Shown here: positions 1 through 10,181 of the stretch, one piece after another
How positions within the stretch are numbered: the stretch's first letter is position 1
Layout: every line of letters begins with the position of its first letter
NCBI GenBank assembly: GCA_963725745.1
Contig: CAVRZS010000005.1
Span: 1,583,276-1,647,275 of the forward strand
Length of the DNA: 64,000 nucleotides
Direction: 5' to 3'
DNA from: an uncultured Chloroflexia bacterium
GTDB taxonomy: Bacteria > Chloroflexota > Limnocylindria > Limnocylindrales > CSP1-4
Notes under the pieces: generated by a model
Told to the model about the DNA's origin: nothing
What the model saw: the letters and a program-made list of their open reading frames with translations, nothing else
The model's database searches: none
Position numbers and translations under genes: made by a program

Positions 1-856
1 CTGGGGTCGCGGCATTCCCAGCGAGGTCGCCAAGACCATCGTGCCCGCGCGCTACAACAACATCGACGCCCTGCGCCGCCTGTTCGAGCGCCAGGGCGAG
101 GAGATCGCCGCGATCATCGTGGAGCCGGTCCTGGGCAACGCCCAGGGCATCCTGCCCGAGCCGGGCTTCCACCAGGCCATGCGCGCGCTGACCGAGGAGT
201 TCGGGATCCTCCTGATCTTCGACGAGGTCAAGACGGGCTTCCGGTTCGCCAAGGGCGGTGCCGCCGAATACTTCGGCATCACGCCCGACATCGCGACCTA
301 CGCCAAGGCGATGGGCAACGGGTATCCGGCCGCGGCGTTCGCCGGCCGCGAGGACGTCATGTCGGTGCTGCCGGACAAGGTCAGCCACGGTGGCACGTAC
401 GCGGGCAACCGGGTCGCCGCGGCCGCGGTCGTCAAGACGCTCGAGATCCTGCGCGACACAGACGCCCTCGAGACCATCCATCGCACCGGCGAGCAGCTCC
501 AGCAGGGCGTCCGTCAGCTGCTCGATGCAAAGGGCCTCGCCTACCACATCACCGGGCATCCCTCGATGTTCGGGATCATGTTCACGGACGTCGTGGCCAC
601 CGAGTACCGCGACTGGGCGAACACCGACCACGAGCTGTACGACGCCATCGCGATCGGGATGCAGCGCCGGGGCGCGATGCCCGAGCCCGACAGCCGGGAG
701 CCCTGGTTCGTGTGCGAGGCGCACGCCCAGGGCGATATCGTCGACCGGGTCATCTCGATCTTCGGGGCGTCGCTCGATGCCGCGCTCGAGGCTCGTGCCC
801 ACGGCGAGCACACCCCAGAGCCCGAAGGGGCGATGTCTCACCAAGCGGCCGGCTGA
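1..856 (+). CDS. Class III (PLP) aminotransferase, C-terminal part (glutamate-1-semialdehyde aminomutase-like); 5' end lies upstream of the window
   Basis: ORF 41..856 translation shows the AT-III fold (VEPVLGNAQGI, FDEVKTGFR, GGTYAGN). It is open to position 1. GC3-rich frame. Confidence 0.75.
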   Translation, partial: WGRGIPSEVAKTIVPARYNNIDALRRLFERQGEEIAAIIVEPVLGNAQGILPEPGFHQAMRALTEEFGILLIFDEVKTGFRFAKGGAAEYFGITPDIATYAKAMGNGYPAAAFAGREDVMSVLPDKVSHGGTYAGNRVAAAAVVKTLEILRDTDALETIHRTGEQLQQGVRQLLDAKGLAYHITGHPSMFGIMFTDVVATEYRDWANTDHELYDAIAIGMQRRGAMPEPDSREPWFVCEAHAQGDIVDRVISIFGASLDAALEARAHGEHTPEPEGAMSHQAAG

Positions 857-912
857 CCGCCGCAATCGGGCGATCGGATCAAGCACCGAACCCACCGGGA
901 GGGTCGCATCGC

Positions 913-1683
913 ATGACGCTCGACGGGAACGCCGTCCGGTCTGTCGACCGGGCCGCAGCCCTGCTGCTGGCCCTGGGGGACAGCCACGGGGAGGCCGGCG
1001 TGACGGAGCTGGCGCGCCGTCTCGGCCTGCACAAGTCCACGGCGTCGCGGCTGCTGGCGACGCTCGAGAAGCGCGGCCTCGTGGAACAGGACGAGGAGAG
1101 CGGCAAGTACCGGCTGGGCCTGGTGGTCATCCGGCTCGCGGAACGCGCCGAGCGGACGCTCGACCTGCGTTCGATCGCGATGCCCGAGCTCGACCGGCTC
1201 GCCCGCGCCACGCGCGAGACCACGGGCCTCGGCGTGCTCGACGGCGACCAGCTGCTCACCGTTGCCCAGTCGGACGGCCCCAACCTCGTCGCGATGGGGG
1301 ACTGGACCGGGCGCTGCGTCCCGCTGCACTCGGTCGCCGGGGGCAAGGTGCTGCTGGCCTCGCTGCCCGAGCGTGAGGTCCTGCGGCTCGTGCGCCGCGG
1401 CCTCGACCGGTTCACCGAGCGCACCATCACGGACCTCGAGCCGCTGCTCGAGGAGCTGGCCCGGGTCCGTCGCCGCGGCTTCGCGACCGGGTTCGGGGAG
1501 TTCGACGCGGGGCTCAACGCCGTCGCCGCCCCGGTCCACGACGCCCGCGGGCAGGTCATCGCCGCGGTCGACGTCTGGGGGCCCGCCTTCCGGGTGACAC
1601 CGCGTCGCGTGCCCGAGCTCGTGCAACAGGTCCGCGAGACCGCCGGCGCCGTCTCGGTGCGCCTGGGTGGAACGCCCGCCTGA
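913..1683 (+). CDS. IclR-family transcriptional regulator
   Basis: N-terminal HTH (VTELARRLGLHKSTASRLLATLEKRGLV) and C-terminal IclR effector domain. Internal ATG (MTLDGN) in the 712..1683 ORF; the upstream part of that ORF overlaps the aminotransferase. Confidence 0.8.
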   Translation: MTLDGNAVRSVDRAAALLLALGDSHGEAGVTELARRLGLHKSTASRLLATLEKRGLVEQDEESGKYRLGLVVIRLAERAERTLDLRSIAMPELDRLARATRETTGLGVLDGDQLLTVAQSDGPNLVAMGDWTGRCVPLHSVAGGKVLLASLPEREVLRLVRRGLDRFTERTITDLEPLLEELARVRRRGFATGFGEFDAGLNAVAAPVHDARGQVIAAVDVWGPAFRVTPRRVPELVQQVRETAGAVSVRLGGTPA

Positions 1684-1797
1684 TCCGGGCCCTGGACCGT
1701 TGCGCGCCGCCTCCGATGGCAGGCCGGGCGACACCCGCCGGGCCGGGCGCCGACGCGCGTAGAATGGCCCGACCCACGCGCTGAACCGGAGGCACAC

Positions 1798-3768
1798 GTG
1801 AGCGTCGAGCCCCAGGCCCAGGGTGGGCCGGAGATCGAGAACCTCCTCGCCGAACGGCGGACGTTCCCGCCTGACCCGGCGTTCGTCGCCCAGGCGAACG
1901 CGACCCAGGCGCTGTACGACGCCGCCAAGACGGACTACGTCGGCTTCTGGGAGAAGCAGGCGCGCGAGCGGCTGTCATGGACGCGTCCCTTCCGCGAGAC
2001 GCTGGAGTGGGACCTGCCGTTCGCCAAGTGGTTCGTCGGCGGCGAGCTCAACGTGGCCTACAACTGCGTCGACCGGCACGTGGAACGTGGTCTCGGCGAC
2101 CGGGTCGCGTACCACTGGATCGGCGAGCCCGGCGAGACGCGCACCCTCACCTACGACGACCTGCTGCGCGAGACCTCCAAGGCGGCGAACGCCCTGCTCG
2201 AGCTCGGCGTGCGCAAGGGCGACCGGGTGGCGATCTACATGCCCATGATCCCCGAGCTGCCGATCGCGATGCTCGCCTGCGCCCGGATCGGGGCGCCCCA
2301 CACGGTGGTGTTCGGCGGGTTCTCCGCCGAGGCCCTCGGCGGGCGCATCAACGACTGCGGGGCGAAGGTCCTGATCACGGCCGACGGCGGCTGGCGGCGG
2401 GGCAAGCAGGTGCCACTCAAGCCCCAGGCCGACGATGCTGTCGCCGGCGCGCCGAGCATCGAGCACGTCCTGGTCGTCGACCGGCTGGGCGAGGGCGCGT
2501 CGATGGAACCCGGGCGCGACGTCTGGTGGCATGAGATCGTGGACCGCCAGTCGGCCGTGTGCCCGCCGGCCGCCGTCGACAGCGAGCACATGCTCTACCT
2601 CCTGTACACGTCGGGCACCACGGCCAAGCCCAAGGGCATCCTCCACACCTCGGCCGGCTACCTGCTCGGCGCCGCGTTCACCCACTGGGCCGTGTTCGAC
2701 ATCAAGCCCGACGACGTCTACTGGTGCGCCGCCGACATCGGCTGGGTCACCGGGCACAGCTACATCGTCTACGGGCCGCTGGCCAACGCGACGACCGGCG
2801 TGCTGTACGAAGGGGCACCGGACACGCCGGGCTGGGACCGCTGGTGGCAGATCATCGAGGACTACAAGGTCACGATCCTGTACTGCGCCCCGACGGCGAT
2901 CCGGGCGTTCATGAAGCAGGGCGAGGCCTATCCGGACGGGCACGACCTGACCTCCCTGCGGGTCCTCGGCTCGGTGGGCGAGCCGATCAACCCCGAGGCC
3001 TGGCGCTGGTACCGCGAGGTCATCGGCGGCGATCGCACCCCGGTCGTCGACACCTGGTGGCAGACCGAGACGGGCCAGATCATGATCAGCCCGCTGCCGG
3101 GCGTGACCACGACCAAGCCGGGCTCGGCGACGTTCGCGATGCCCGGCATCGACGTCGACGTCGTCGACCACGACGGGCGCTCGGTGCCGCTCGGCGGCGG
3201 CGGCTACCTCGTGCTCAAGCGGCCGTGGCCGGGGATGCTGCGCGGCATCTACGGCGACCCGGAGCGGTACCGGCAGACGTACTGGAGCCGGTTCCCGGGC
3301 ATGTACTTCGCGGGCGATGGAGCCAAGCGCGACGAGGAGGGCTACCTGTGGCTCCTCGGCCGCGTCGACGATGTGATGAACGTCGCGGGCCACCGGATCA
3401 GCACCACGGAGGTCGAGTCGGCCCTCGTCGACCACCGGTCGGTGGCGGAGGCCGCGGTGGTGGGCAAGACCGACGCCATCAGCGGCCAGGCGATCTTCGC
3501 GTTCGTGATCCTCAAGATGGGGCAGGAGCCCAGTGACGCGCTGGGGGTCGAGCTGCGGGGGCACGTCGCCTCGGTCATCGGGGCGATCGCCAGGCCGAAG
3601 TTCCTGATGTTCGTGCCCGACCTGCCCAAGACCCGCTCCGGCAAGATCATGCGCCGGCTGCTCCGCGACATCGCCGAGGGCCGCACGCTGGGCGACGTCA
3701 CCACACTGGCCGATGCGACGGTCGTGGACACGATCCGCGACAACACGGGCAAGGCCGAGGAGGACTGA
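1798..3768 (+). CDS. acs: Acetyl-coenzyme A synthetase (AMP-forming)
   Basis: 656 aa with GTG start. Classic Acs motifs: [11 protein letters not shown] (AMP-binding), WWQTETG, C-terminal [11 protein letters not shown]. Confidence 0.95.
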   Translation: MSVEPQAQGGPEIENLLAERRTFPPDPAFVAQANATQALYDAAKTDYVGFWEKQARERLSWTRPFRETLEWDLPFAKWFVGGELNVAYNCVDRHVERGLGDRVAYHWIGEPGETRTLTYDDLLRETSKAANALLELGVRKGDRVAIYMPMIPELPIAMLACARIGAPHTVVFGGFSAEALGGRINDCGAKVLITADGGWRRGKQVPLKPQADDAVAGAPSIEHVLVVDRLGEGASMEPGRDVWWHEIVDRQSAVCPPAAVDSEHMLYLLYTSGTTAKPKGILHTSAGYLLGAAFTHWAVFDIKPDDVYWCAADIGWVTGHSYIVYGPLANATTGVLYEGAPDTPGWDRWWQIIEDYKVTILYCAPTAIRAFMKQGEAYPDGHDLTSLRVLGSVGEPINPEAWRWYREVIGGDRTPVVDTWWQTETGQIMISPLPGVTTTKPGSATFAMPGIDVDVVDHDGRSVPLGGGGYLVLKRPWPGMLRGIYGDPERYRQTYWSRFPGMYFAGDGAKRDEEGYLWLLGRVDDVMNVAGHRISTTEVESALVDHRSVAEAAVVGKTDAISGQAIFAFVILKMGQEPSDALGVELRGHVASVIGAIARPKFLMFVPDLPKTRSGKIMRRLLRDIAEGRTLGDVTTLADATVVDTIRDNTGKAEED

Positions 3769-3772
3769 GGGG

Positions 3773-4501
3773 GTGCCGTTCGGCTTCCTGAAGCGCAACA
3801 AACCCGAGGCGGGAGCCTCGTCGGGTACGGACGCGAGCTCCACGGCAGGGTCGACGGGCGCGGCCATCACCAAGTCCGGCGGCGTCAAGCCGTCCGCGCC
3901 GCCCAGCGCGAGCCGGCTGCATGCCGGGCCGTCACGCGGCGTCCCGTTCATCGGCCTCACCGAGGACTGGCGGCTGCGGGGCCGGATGGACATCGCCGGC
4001 CGGCTCTCGGATGCGCTCAACCGGCGCGAGGCGATCCCGATCACCGACGTGAGCTGGGGTCCGCCGGACGGCAGCGCGCCGCTCGAGGAGGCGCCCGGCC
4101 TGCGCAGCGTCGACCCCTACGATCTGATCCTTGTCACTGCTGGGGAGGAGAGCCTGCCGCCGCTGACCGAGACGGAGCGCACGGCCCTCAAGGTGCACAA
4201 GGTCGCCTACGACGTGGCGCTCGAGGTGCCGCCGTTCCGCGTCGTCGGGACCGTCTACCTGCACCCGGGCTCGGAGCCCGACCGCCTGCTCGACCGCTCG
4301 TCCGAGATGTTCGTCGCGATCGTCGACGCGGTCGCCCGCCTGGGCGAGGTCCAGGTCAGCGACCCCGAGATTGACGTGATCCTCGTCAACCGCTTCTACC
4401 TGCGGGGCGTCGAGCAGGTCGACAAGCGCACCGGGGCGCCCCACCAGAAGCTGCCGGGCGCGCCGCTGGGCGGCGTCAGCTGGCAGGACCGCTCCCGCTG
4501 A
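3773..4501 (+). CDS. Hypothetical protein (about 242 aa)
   Basis: GTG 5 nt after the acs stop. GC3-biased frame. No recognisable domain. Confidence 0.5.
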   Translation: MPFGFLKRNKPEAGASSGTDASSTAGSTGAAITKSGGVKPSAPPSASRLHAGPSRGVPFIGLTEDWRLRGRMDIAGRLSDALNRREAIPITDVSWGPPDGSAPLEEAPGLRSVDPYDLILVTAGEESLPPLTETERTALKVHKVAYDVALEVPPFRVVGTVYLHPGSEPDRLLDRSSEMFVAIVDAVARLGEVQVSDPEIDVILVNRFYLRGVEQVDKRTGAPHQKLPGAPLGGVSWQDRSR

Positions 4502-4527
4502 CGGTGGCCGCCGGTCGCGGCGGATCA

Positions 4528-5175
4528 ATGCCGGTCCGCGCAGTCGTGTTCGACATCGGCGAGACCCTCGTCGATGAGAACCGACTGTGGCTCGCCTGGG
4601 CCGACTGGCTGGGGATCCAGCACCTGACGTTCCTTGCGCTGTGTGGGGCCGTCATCGAACGCGGCGGGGATCATCGTGAGCCGTTCCGGATCCTGCGGCC
4701 GGACGTCGACCTCGTCGCGGCACGGCGCGATCGTGAGGCCGCCGGCGATCCGGACGACATCATGCCCGAGGACCTCTACGCGGACGCGACCGGCGCCCTC
4801 CGCGCCGTGCGCGCTGCGGGCTACCGGGTGGGGGTCGCGGGCAACCAGCCGCAGCGGGCCGAGGCCGTGTTCCGCGACGTCGGGCTGGAACTCGATCTGG
4901 TGGCATCGAGCGAGAGCCTCGGCGCGGAGAAGCCGGATCCGGCGTTCTTCCGCCTCCTCGCGGAACGCCTGGAGCTGGCGCCCGGCGAGATCGCCTACGT
5001 GGGCGACCGCGTCGACAACGACGTCCGGCCGGCGGCGGCCGCGGGCATGCGCGCGGTGTTCCTTCGGCGCGGGCCGTGGGCGTGGATCCAGGCCGGGCGC
5101 GACCCCGTGCCCGAGGCCGCTGCGATCGTCGACGACCTGACGACGATCGTCGACGTCGTCCGGGGCCTGGGTTGA
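4528..5175 (+). CDS. HAD-superfamily hydrolase
   Basis: Motif I VVFDIGETLVD (DxG/D nucleophile), later GDRVDNDV motif. Internal ATG of ORF 4504..5175. Confidence 0.7.
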   Translation: MPVRAVVFDIGETLVDENRLWLAWADWLGIQHLTFLALCGAVIERGGDHREPFRILRPDVDLVAARRDREAAGDPDDIMPEDLYADATGALRAVRAAGYRVGVAGNQPQRAEAVFRDVGLELDLVASSESLGAEKPDPAFFRLLAERLELAPGEIAYVGDRVDNDVRPAAAAGMRAVFLRRGPWAWIQAGRDPVPEAAAIVDDLTTIVDVVRGLG

Positions 5176-5176
5176 G

Positions 5177-6409
5177 CTAGGCGCGGACGGCTGCGGCCCG
5201 CCGGAACACGTTCATCTGGGGCTTCGGCGCCGCTTCGACGGGCTGGAGCCCGAGCAGGCGATCGGCCATCTGCGCGAAGTCCTGGGTGATCTTGTCCTTG
5301 GGCGCGATCTCGAACAGCGTGCGCCCCTCGTTGCTGGCCTTGACCAGCAGCAGGCCGCTCGATCGGACCTGGGCGTACGTCGGCATGCCGATCGCGCGCT
5401 CGAGGTCCTCGAGCTTGATGCCGCTGTTGGCGCGGTTGACGACCAGCGACAGCCGGTCGCGCATGCCCAGCTCGTCGGCGATCTCGCGCAGCTTGACCAC
5501 GGCCCGGATGGCCGGCAGGTCCGGCGTCACCGGCACCAGGATCTTGTCCGACCGATCGAACACCGCGCGGTTGAGCGGGCTGTACGACGGGTGGAGGTCG
5601 ACGATGACGTAGTCGAAGCTGCGGCGGGAGACGGCGATGGCGCCGGCGACGCGCTGCGGCTCGAGCAGCTCGGTGTTCAGCGGGTGCGCGGACAGGGGCA
5701 GGATCTTGAGCCCCGAGCTGTGGACGGAGGCCTGCTCCTCGAACGTGAGCATCGGGCCGCCGTCGAGCTCGTCGCGCCAGGCGTCGATGACGGTCGGGAC
5801 CGCGTCCATGCCGAGCGACGTCGGAACGTGCCCGGTGACGGTGTCCGCGTCGACCAGGAGGACGCGCTGGCCGCGGGCGACGAGTGCCGCCGCGAGGTTG
5901 GTGGCGATCATCGTCTTGCCGACGCCGCCCTTCGGGTTGAACACCAGCAACAGCTGGCCGCGGTGACCCCAGTCGATGTGGTCGATGCTGCCCTGGAGCA
6001 CGGGACCGCTGCCGTCGTCGATCGCGATCGACCGGATACACATCGCCTCGATCTGCCACCGGACGGACTCCGGCGTGTACGGGCGCATCAGGTACTCGTC
6101 GCTCTCGTGACCGGGCGCCTCGACGTCCATGCGGTCGAGCGTGGAGATGTCGACCACCAGCAGCGCCGGGACGTTCCGCCCGCGGTCGTGCAGCAGCGTC
6201 CAGCACTGGACACCGAGCTCGTAATCGCCCTCGACGTCGATCATCGCGACGACGATGTCGCGCCTCGTCGCGAGGATGCCTTCCAGCTCCTCCACGCCGT
6301 GGACGACGATCGGATCGAAGCCGCCCTCTCGGAGCTCCTCGGCGACGAGCTCTCGCTCGGACGGCGGCAGGAGAACCGCGATGGCGGGATGGCCCGCCAG
6401 TGATTCCAC
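5177..6409 (-). CDS. Receiver-like (pseudo-receiver) + ParA/MinD-type ATPase; CpaE/TadZ/Ssd-like
   Basis: 410 aa. N-terminal CheY-like fold; C-terminal deviant Walker A FNPKGGVGKT. GTG start 2 nt after the stop of the upstream acidic-protein gene. Confidence 0.8.
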   Translation of the reverse strand: MESLAGHPAIAVLLPPSERELVAEELREGGFDPIVVHGVEELEGILATRRDIVVAMIDVEGDYELGVQCWTLLHDRGRNVPALLVVDISTLDRMDVEAPGHESDEYLMRPYTPESVRWQIEAMCIRSIAIDDGSGPVLQGSIDHIDWGHRGQLLLVFNPKGGVGKTMIATNLAAALVARGQRVLLVDADTVTGHVPTSLGMDAVPTVIDAWRDELDGGPMLTFEEQASVHSSGLKILPLSAHPLNTELLEPQRVAGAIAVSRRSFDYVIVDLHPSYSPLNRAVFDRSDKILVPVTPDLPAIRAVVKLREIADELGMRDRLSLVVNRANSGIKLEDLERAIGMPTYAQVRSSGLLLVKASNEGRTLFEIAPKDKITQDFAQMADRLLGLQPVEAAPKPQMNVFRRAAAVRA

Positions 6410-6411
6410 GA

Positions 6412-8149
6412 TCAGTTCTCCGACTCGGGATCGCGCGCCGCGACTGCGACGACGCCATCGCTGGTTCCGGTGACGCGGGCGGCGAAGCCCTGCATCGACG
6501 GGATCGCGTCCTTGAACGAGACGTCCGCACGATGGGTCACGTTGAATACGAACTCGCCCTCGGGGCCGGACGCAACGGCGACGGACTGCACGCCGGCGAG
6601 CCGGCCGAGGTGTCGCTTGAAGCTCGCGATGCTGGCGACCGACACCAGCCCCGAGACCACGACCTGCGTCGTGCGCGGCTCGGTGTCGCCCGGTGCCTCC
6701 TGGGGCAGCAGATGAGCGAGACGGTCGGCGTAGGACTCCTCGAACCCACCGGCGCCGACGCGCGCATCGAGCGCGGCCTGTGCCTCGGGGTCGAGCGAGC
6801 CGTCCTCGGGGCTGTTGCGGCCCACGACGAGCTCGGCGGCCGTCTCGGCGACGTCCGCGGCTGCCTCGGCCTGGTCGGCGGAGTCGGCGGCGGCCTCGGC
6901 GGCCACGACGGCCTCCGCGGCGGCCTCGAGCGCGGCCATGATCGCGCCGCGGTCGACGGGGTCGCCGCCCTCGGCACCCTCCGGGAACCCGTCCGGGGTC
7001 TCACCGGCGGCCCAGCGGGGGGCATCGTCCTCGGCGTTGGCACCGTTGCCGGTGCCATGCCAGTCGCCGTCGTCCTCGCCCCAGGTGATGGGCTTGGTCG
7101 GGGCAGGAACCGCGTCGGCTTCGCCGGCGACGTCGTCGGCCCCAGCGGTGTCGTCTTCGGCCTCATCGACCACGACGAATGCGGTGGTGTCCTCGGCCTG
7201 CCGCGTCAGGTCCTCGGCGGCCTCCGCCGCTACGGCATGCGCTTCGTCGGCCTCAAGGTCGCCGGCGACCAGCTCGGCGACGACCTCTACCGGTTCGACC
7301 TCGCCCACGGACTCGACAAGCTCATCGGCCGGCACCTCGTCCACCTCGGCCTCGACCTCAGGGACCACGTCATCGATCGAGCCGAGATCGGCCCAGGCGT
7401 CGAACGACGGCAGATCCGGCATCGCCTCGACCATCGTGGCCAGGCGCGAGGGATCGTCCTCGTTGCTGAGGCGGGCGAAGTACTCGTCCATGTCGGTCTT
7501 GAAGCGGTCGACCTCGGACTGCACCTCGTCGACCCGGTTGTTCACGGCACCCGCGTGCGCCGACAGCTCGCCCTCGAGCTGCGCCTTGCGGTTCGCGATG
7601 CGGGTGTCGGTCTCTTCACGGATCCGGGCGATCTCGGCCTTCGACCAGTCGCGGATGCCCGAGACGTCGTCGTCGGATCGCTTGCGCAGGGCGGCGGCGC
7701 CTTCGGTCGCGCCCTCGCGGATCTTCTCGGTGACCTGCTGGGCGTCGGCATCGATCTGCGTCAGGGCCTGGTCGCGGGCGGCCGCGGCCGTCGCGCGGAT
7801 CGCGGCAGACAGGTCCGCCATGAGCTTCGTCGGCTTCCTGGGCGCCGCGGCCGGGGCGGCGGGAGCGTCGATCTCGACCATGCGCTGGGACTCCTCGGAA
7901 GGGTGGGTGTCGGTCGCAGCGGCATCGGTCGCGGCGGCGTCTGGCGCGCTTTCATCGGGCGGGCGCTGCCCGCTGGTGGCGATGCCCAGGCGGGCGTGGA
8001 TGTCGGTGTCCGGCCATTCGAGGTCGTCGGACGCGGGCTCGTCGACGGCCTCGGGGGCCGCCTCGGCGCCCTCGGGCGCCGTCTCGTCGTGGGAGCGATC
8101 GGAGCTCCACGGGAGCCTGAAATCCGCTTTTCGTGTCGCTGGAGGCCAT
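6412..8149 (-). CDS. Acidic (Asp/Glu/Ala-rich) coiled-coil protein, partner of the ParA-like ATPase; apparent 1-nt indel near 8125
   Basis: Intact ORF 6412..7881 (489 aa, ATG with GAGGAG SD). The strong GC3 bias continues upstream to about 8100 with no in-frame start. ATG at 8149 (SD GAGGAAG) joins the frame if one A is removed from the A4 run near 8125. C-terminal 90-aa beta-rich domain after a long acidic linker. Confidence 0.6.
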
Positions 8150-8376
8150 GAGCAGAGACTTCCTCTACGGGATGGGCACGCAACCGCAGGTGCTCCGGCG
8201 ACAGTAGGTGGCTTGGTGGGCTGTGGTGCAGTCGCTAGAGGTACCAGCGGGACATTCCGGTGGTACCGGCGCCGGACGGCGGATGAGCGTCGTCGCCGCA
8301 CGAACCCCGTTCGGGCGGTGCCAGCTCGCACAGGAATTCGTGGTGCCCGGGCGTTGCTCGCCTTGGTCCGGTCCTC

Positions 8377-9546
8377 GTGGCCGCCACCACCGAGGGTCGC
8401 CAGGCGCGCCTCGCGACGAACCCCGACTACCATGGCTGGGTGGACTCGCCCCCCGACCTCACTGATCTCGACGCGGCACGGCCGATCGGCCGCGACGCGG
8501 ACGCCGCCGCCGCCTTCGACGGCCGGCCCGGGCTGCCCGACCGGTTCGGGCGCGCGCTGCGAGACCTGCGGATCTCGGTCACGGACCGCTGCAACTTCCG
8601 CTGCCCGTACTGCATGCCGGCCGAGGTGTTCGGGCGCGACTTCGCCTTCCTGCCCAAGGACCAGGTGCTCTCGTTCGAGGAGATCACGCGCCTGGCCTCG
8701 ATCTTCGTCGGGCTCGGCGTCCACAAGCTGCGCATCACCGGCGGCGAGCCGCTCGTCCGGCGCGATCTCCCGGAGCTGATCCGCCACCTGGCGCAGCTGC
8801 GGACGGTCGACGGGGAGCGGGTCGACCTGACGCTGACCACGAACGGGTCGGCGCTCCGGTCCCTGGCCGCCCCGCTCGCCGAGGCCGGCCTCCAGCGGAT
8901 CACCGTCAGCCTCGACTCCCTCGACGACGAGGTGTTCGGGACCATGAACGGCGTCGACTTCCCGGTCTCGCGCGTGCTGGACGGGATCTCCGCGGCCCGT
9001 GATGCGGGCCTGGCACCGATCAAGGTCAACACCGTCGTTCGCCGGGGGATGAACGAGGCCTCGATCCTGCCTCTCGCTCGCTGGGCTCGGGACGAGGGAC
9101 TGATCCTGCGGTTCATCGAATACATGGACGTCGGGCACTCGAACGGCTGGCGCCTCGACGACGTCGTGCCGGCCGACGAGATCCTGGCGACGATCGACGC
9201 CGAGTTTCCGCTCGAGCCGGTCGCCGCCAACTATCGGGGCGAGGTCGCCGGCCGCTACCGGTTCCGCGATGGGGACGGCGAGCTGGGCGTGATCGCGTCG
9301 GTGTCGCGACCGTTCTGCGGCGACTGCACCCGCGCCCGCCTCTCGGCCGAGGGCCACCTGTACACGTGCCTGTTCGCGGTCTCGGGCACCGATCTCAAGG
9401 TGCCGATGCGCGACGGCGAGAGCGACGCGGAGTTGATCGCCAGGATCGAGGCGGTCTGGGGCAATCGCGTCGACCGCTACTCGGAGCTGCGCAGCGCGGC
9501 GACCGAGCGACTGCCCAAGGTGGAGATGTTCGCACTCGGCGGCTGA
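8377..9546 (+). CDS. moaA: GTP 3',8-cyclase (molybdenum cofactor biosynthesis protein A)
   Basis: Radical-SAM CNFRCPYC motif plus the C-terminal second Fe-S cysteine cluster ([18 protein letters not shown]). N-terminal extension typical of actinobacterial MoaA. Start uncertain. Confidence 0.9.
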   Translation: MAATTEGRQARLATNPDYHGWVDSPPDLTDLDAARPIGRDADAAAAFDGRPGLPDRFGRALRDLRISVTDRCNFRCPYCMPAEVFGRDFAFLPKDQVLSFEEITRLASIFVGLGVHKLRITGGEPLVRRDLPELIRHLAQLRTVDGERVDLTLTTNGSALRSLAAPLAEAGLQRITVSLDSLDDEVFGTMNGVDFPVSRVLDGISAARDAGLAPIKVNTVVRRGMNEASILPLARWARDEGLILRFIEYMDVGHSNGWRLDDVVPADEILATIDAEFPLEPVAANYRGEVAGRYRFRDGDGELGVIASVSRPFCGDCTRARLSAEGHLYTCLFAVSGTDLKVPMRDGESDAELIARIEAVWGNRVDRYSELRSAATERLPKVEMFALGG

Positions 9547-9548
9547 CG

Positions 9549-9766
9549 TCTCGCCCGGCCCCTGCCTCGCCCGGCCCCTGCCGCCTCGCCCGGCCCCGAC
9601 GCCTCGCCCGGCCCCGACGCCTCGCCCGGCCCCGACGCCTCGCCCGGCCCCGACGCCTCGCCCGGCCCCGACGCCTCGCCCGGCCCCGACGCCTCGCCCG
9701 GCCCCGACGCCTCGCCCGGCCCCGACGCCGCGCCCGGCCCCGACGCCTCGCCCGGCCCCGACGCCA
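9549..9766. repeat. Tandem repeat, 18-bp unit CTCGCCCGGCCCCGACGC x about 12 (first two and one late copy are variants)
   Basis: Directly visible from 9549 to 9766. Begins 3 nt after the moaA stop. The unit is a multiple of 3, so it yields hexapeptide repeats in every frame (minus strand: GEASGP). Confidence 0.9.
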
Positions 9767-10181
9767 CTCACCGAGGCATACAGGCGCGCATTGCCGCGGA
9801 GCTGCCACGCCGGTGCCCCGATTGGACGAGGTTCCGCGGTTTCTTGCCGATACGGGGCATGAGATGCCCCGCATGGCGAACAACGCGTTCCAGTGCCACC
9901 GTGCGAGGCGCGGCAGCCCGCGAGACCGGCGGCGGAAGGCCGGGGGACAAGCCGCAGGCCCGAGGCGCGCGGCAGCCCGCGAGACCGGCCGCGGAAGGCC
10001 GGCGGACCGGCCGCGACGGGGCCGCGATACCTGACCCTGGACCGGCCCCATCCGGCGCTGGGGCTGACACGTTGACGGTGTGCCGACGGGTAAGTCCCAG
10101 GCAAGTCGCGCGAGGCATGATCCACCCATGCCGGCCCGAGACGAGCCTCGAGATCGAGCACGGCGTGCGACACGCCGGTCG

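Noticed and set aside
258-1376. Numerous 100-370-aa alternative-frame ORFs across the window (for example 258..1376 +, 838..1797 -, 879..1928 -)
   Set aside because: They overlap well-supported genes, lack GC3 bias and translate to Arg/Pro/Ala/Gly-rich low-complexity sequence characteristic of off-frame high-GC DNA.
1975-4044. 689-aa minus-strand ORF
   Set aside because: Antisense to acs; low-complexity Arg/Ala/Gly/Pro translation; no domain.
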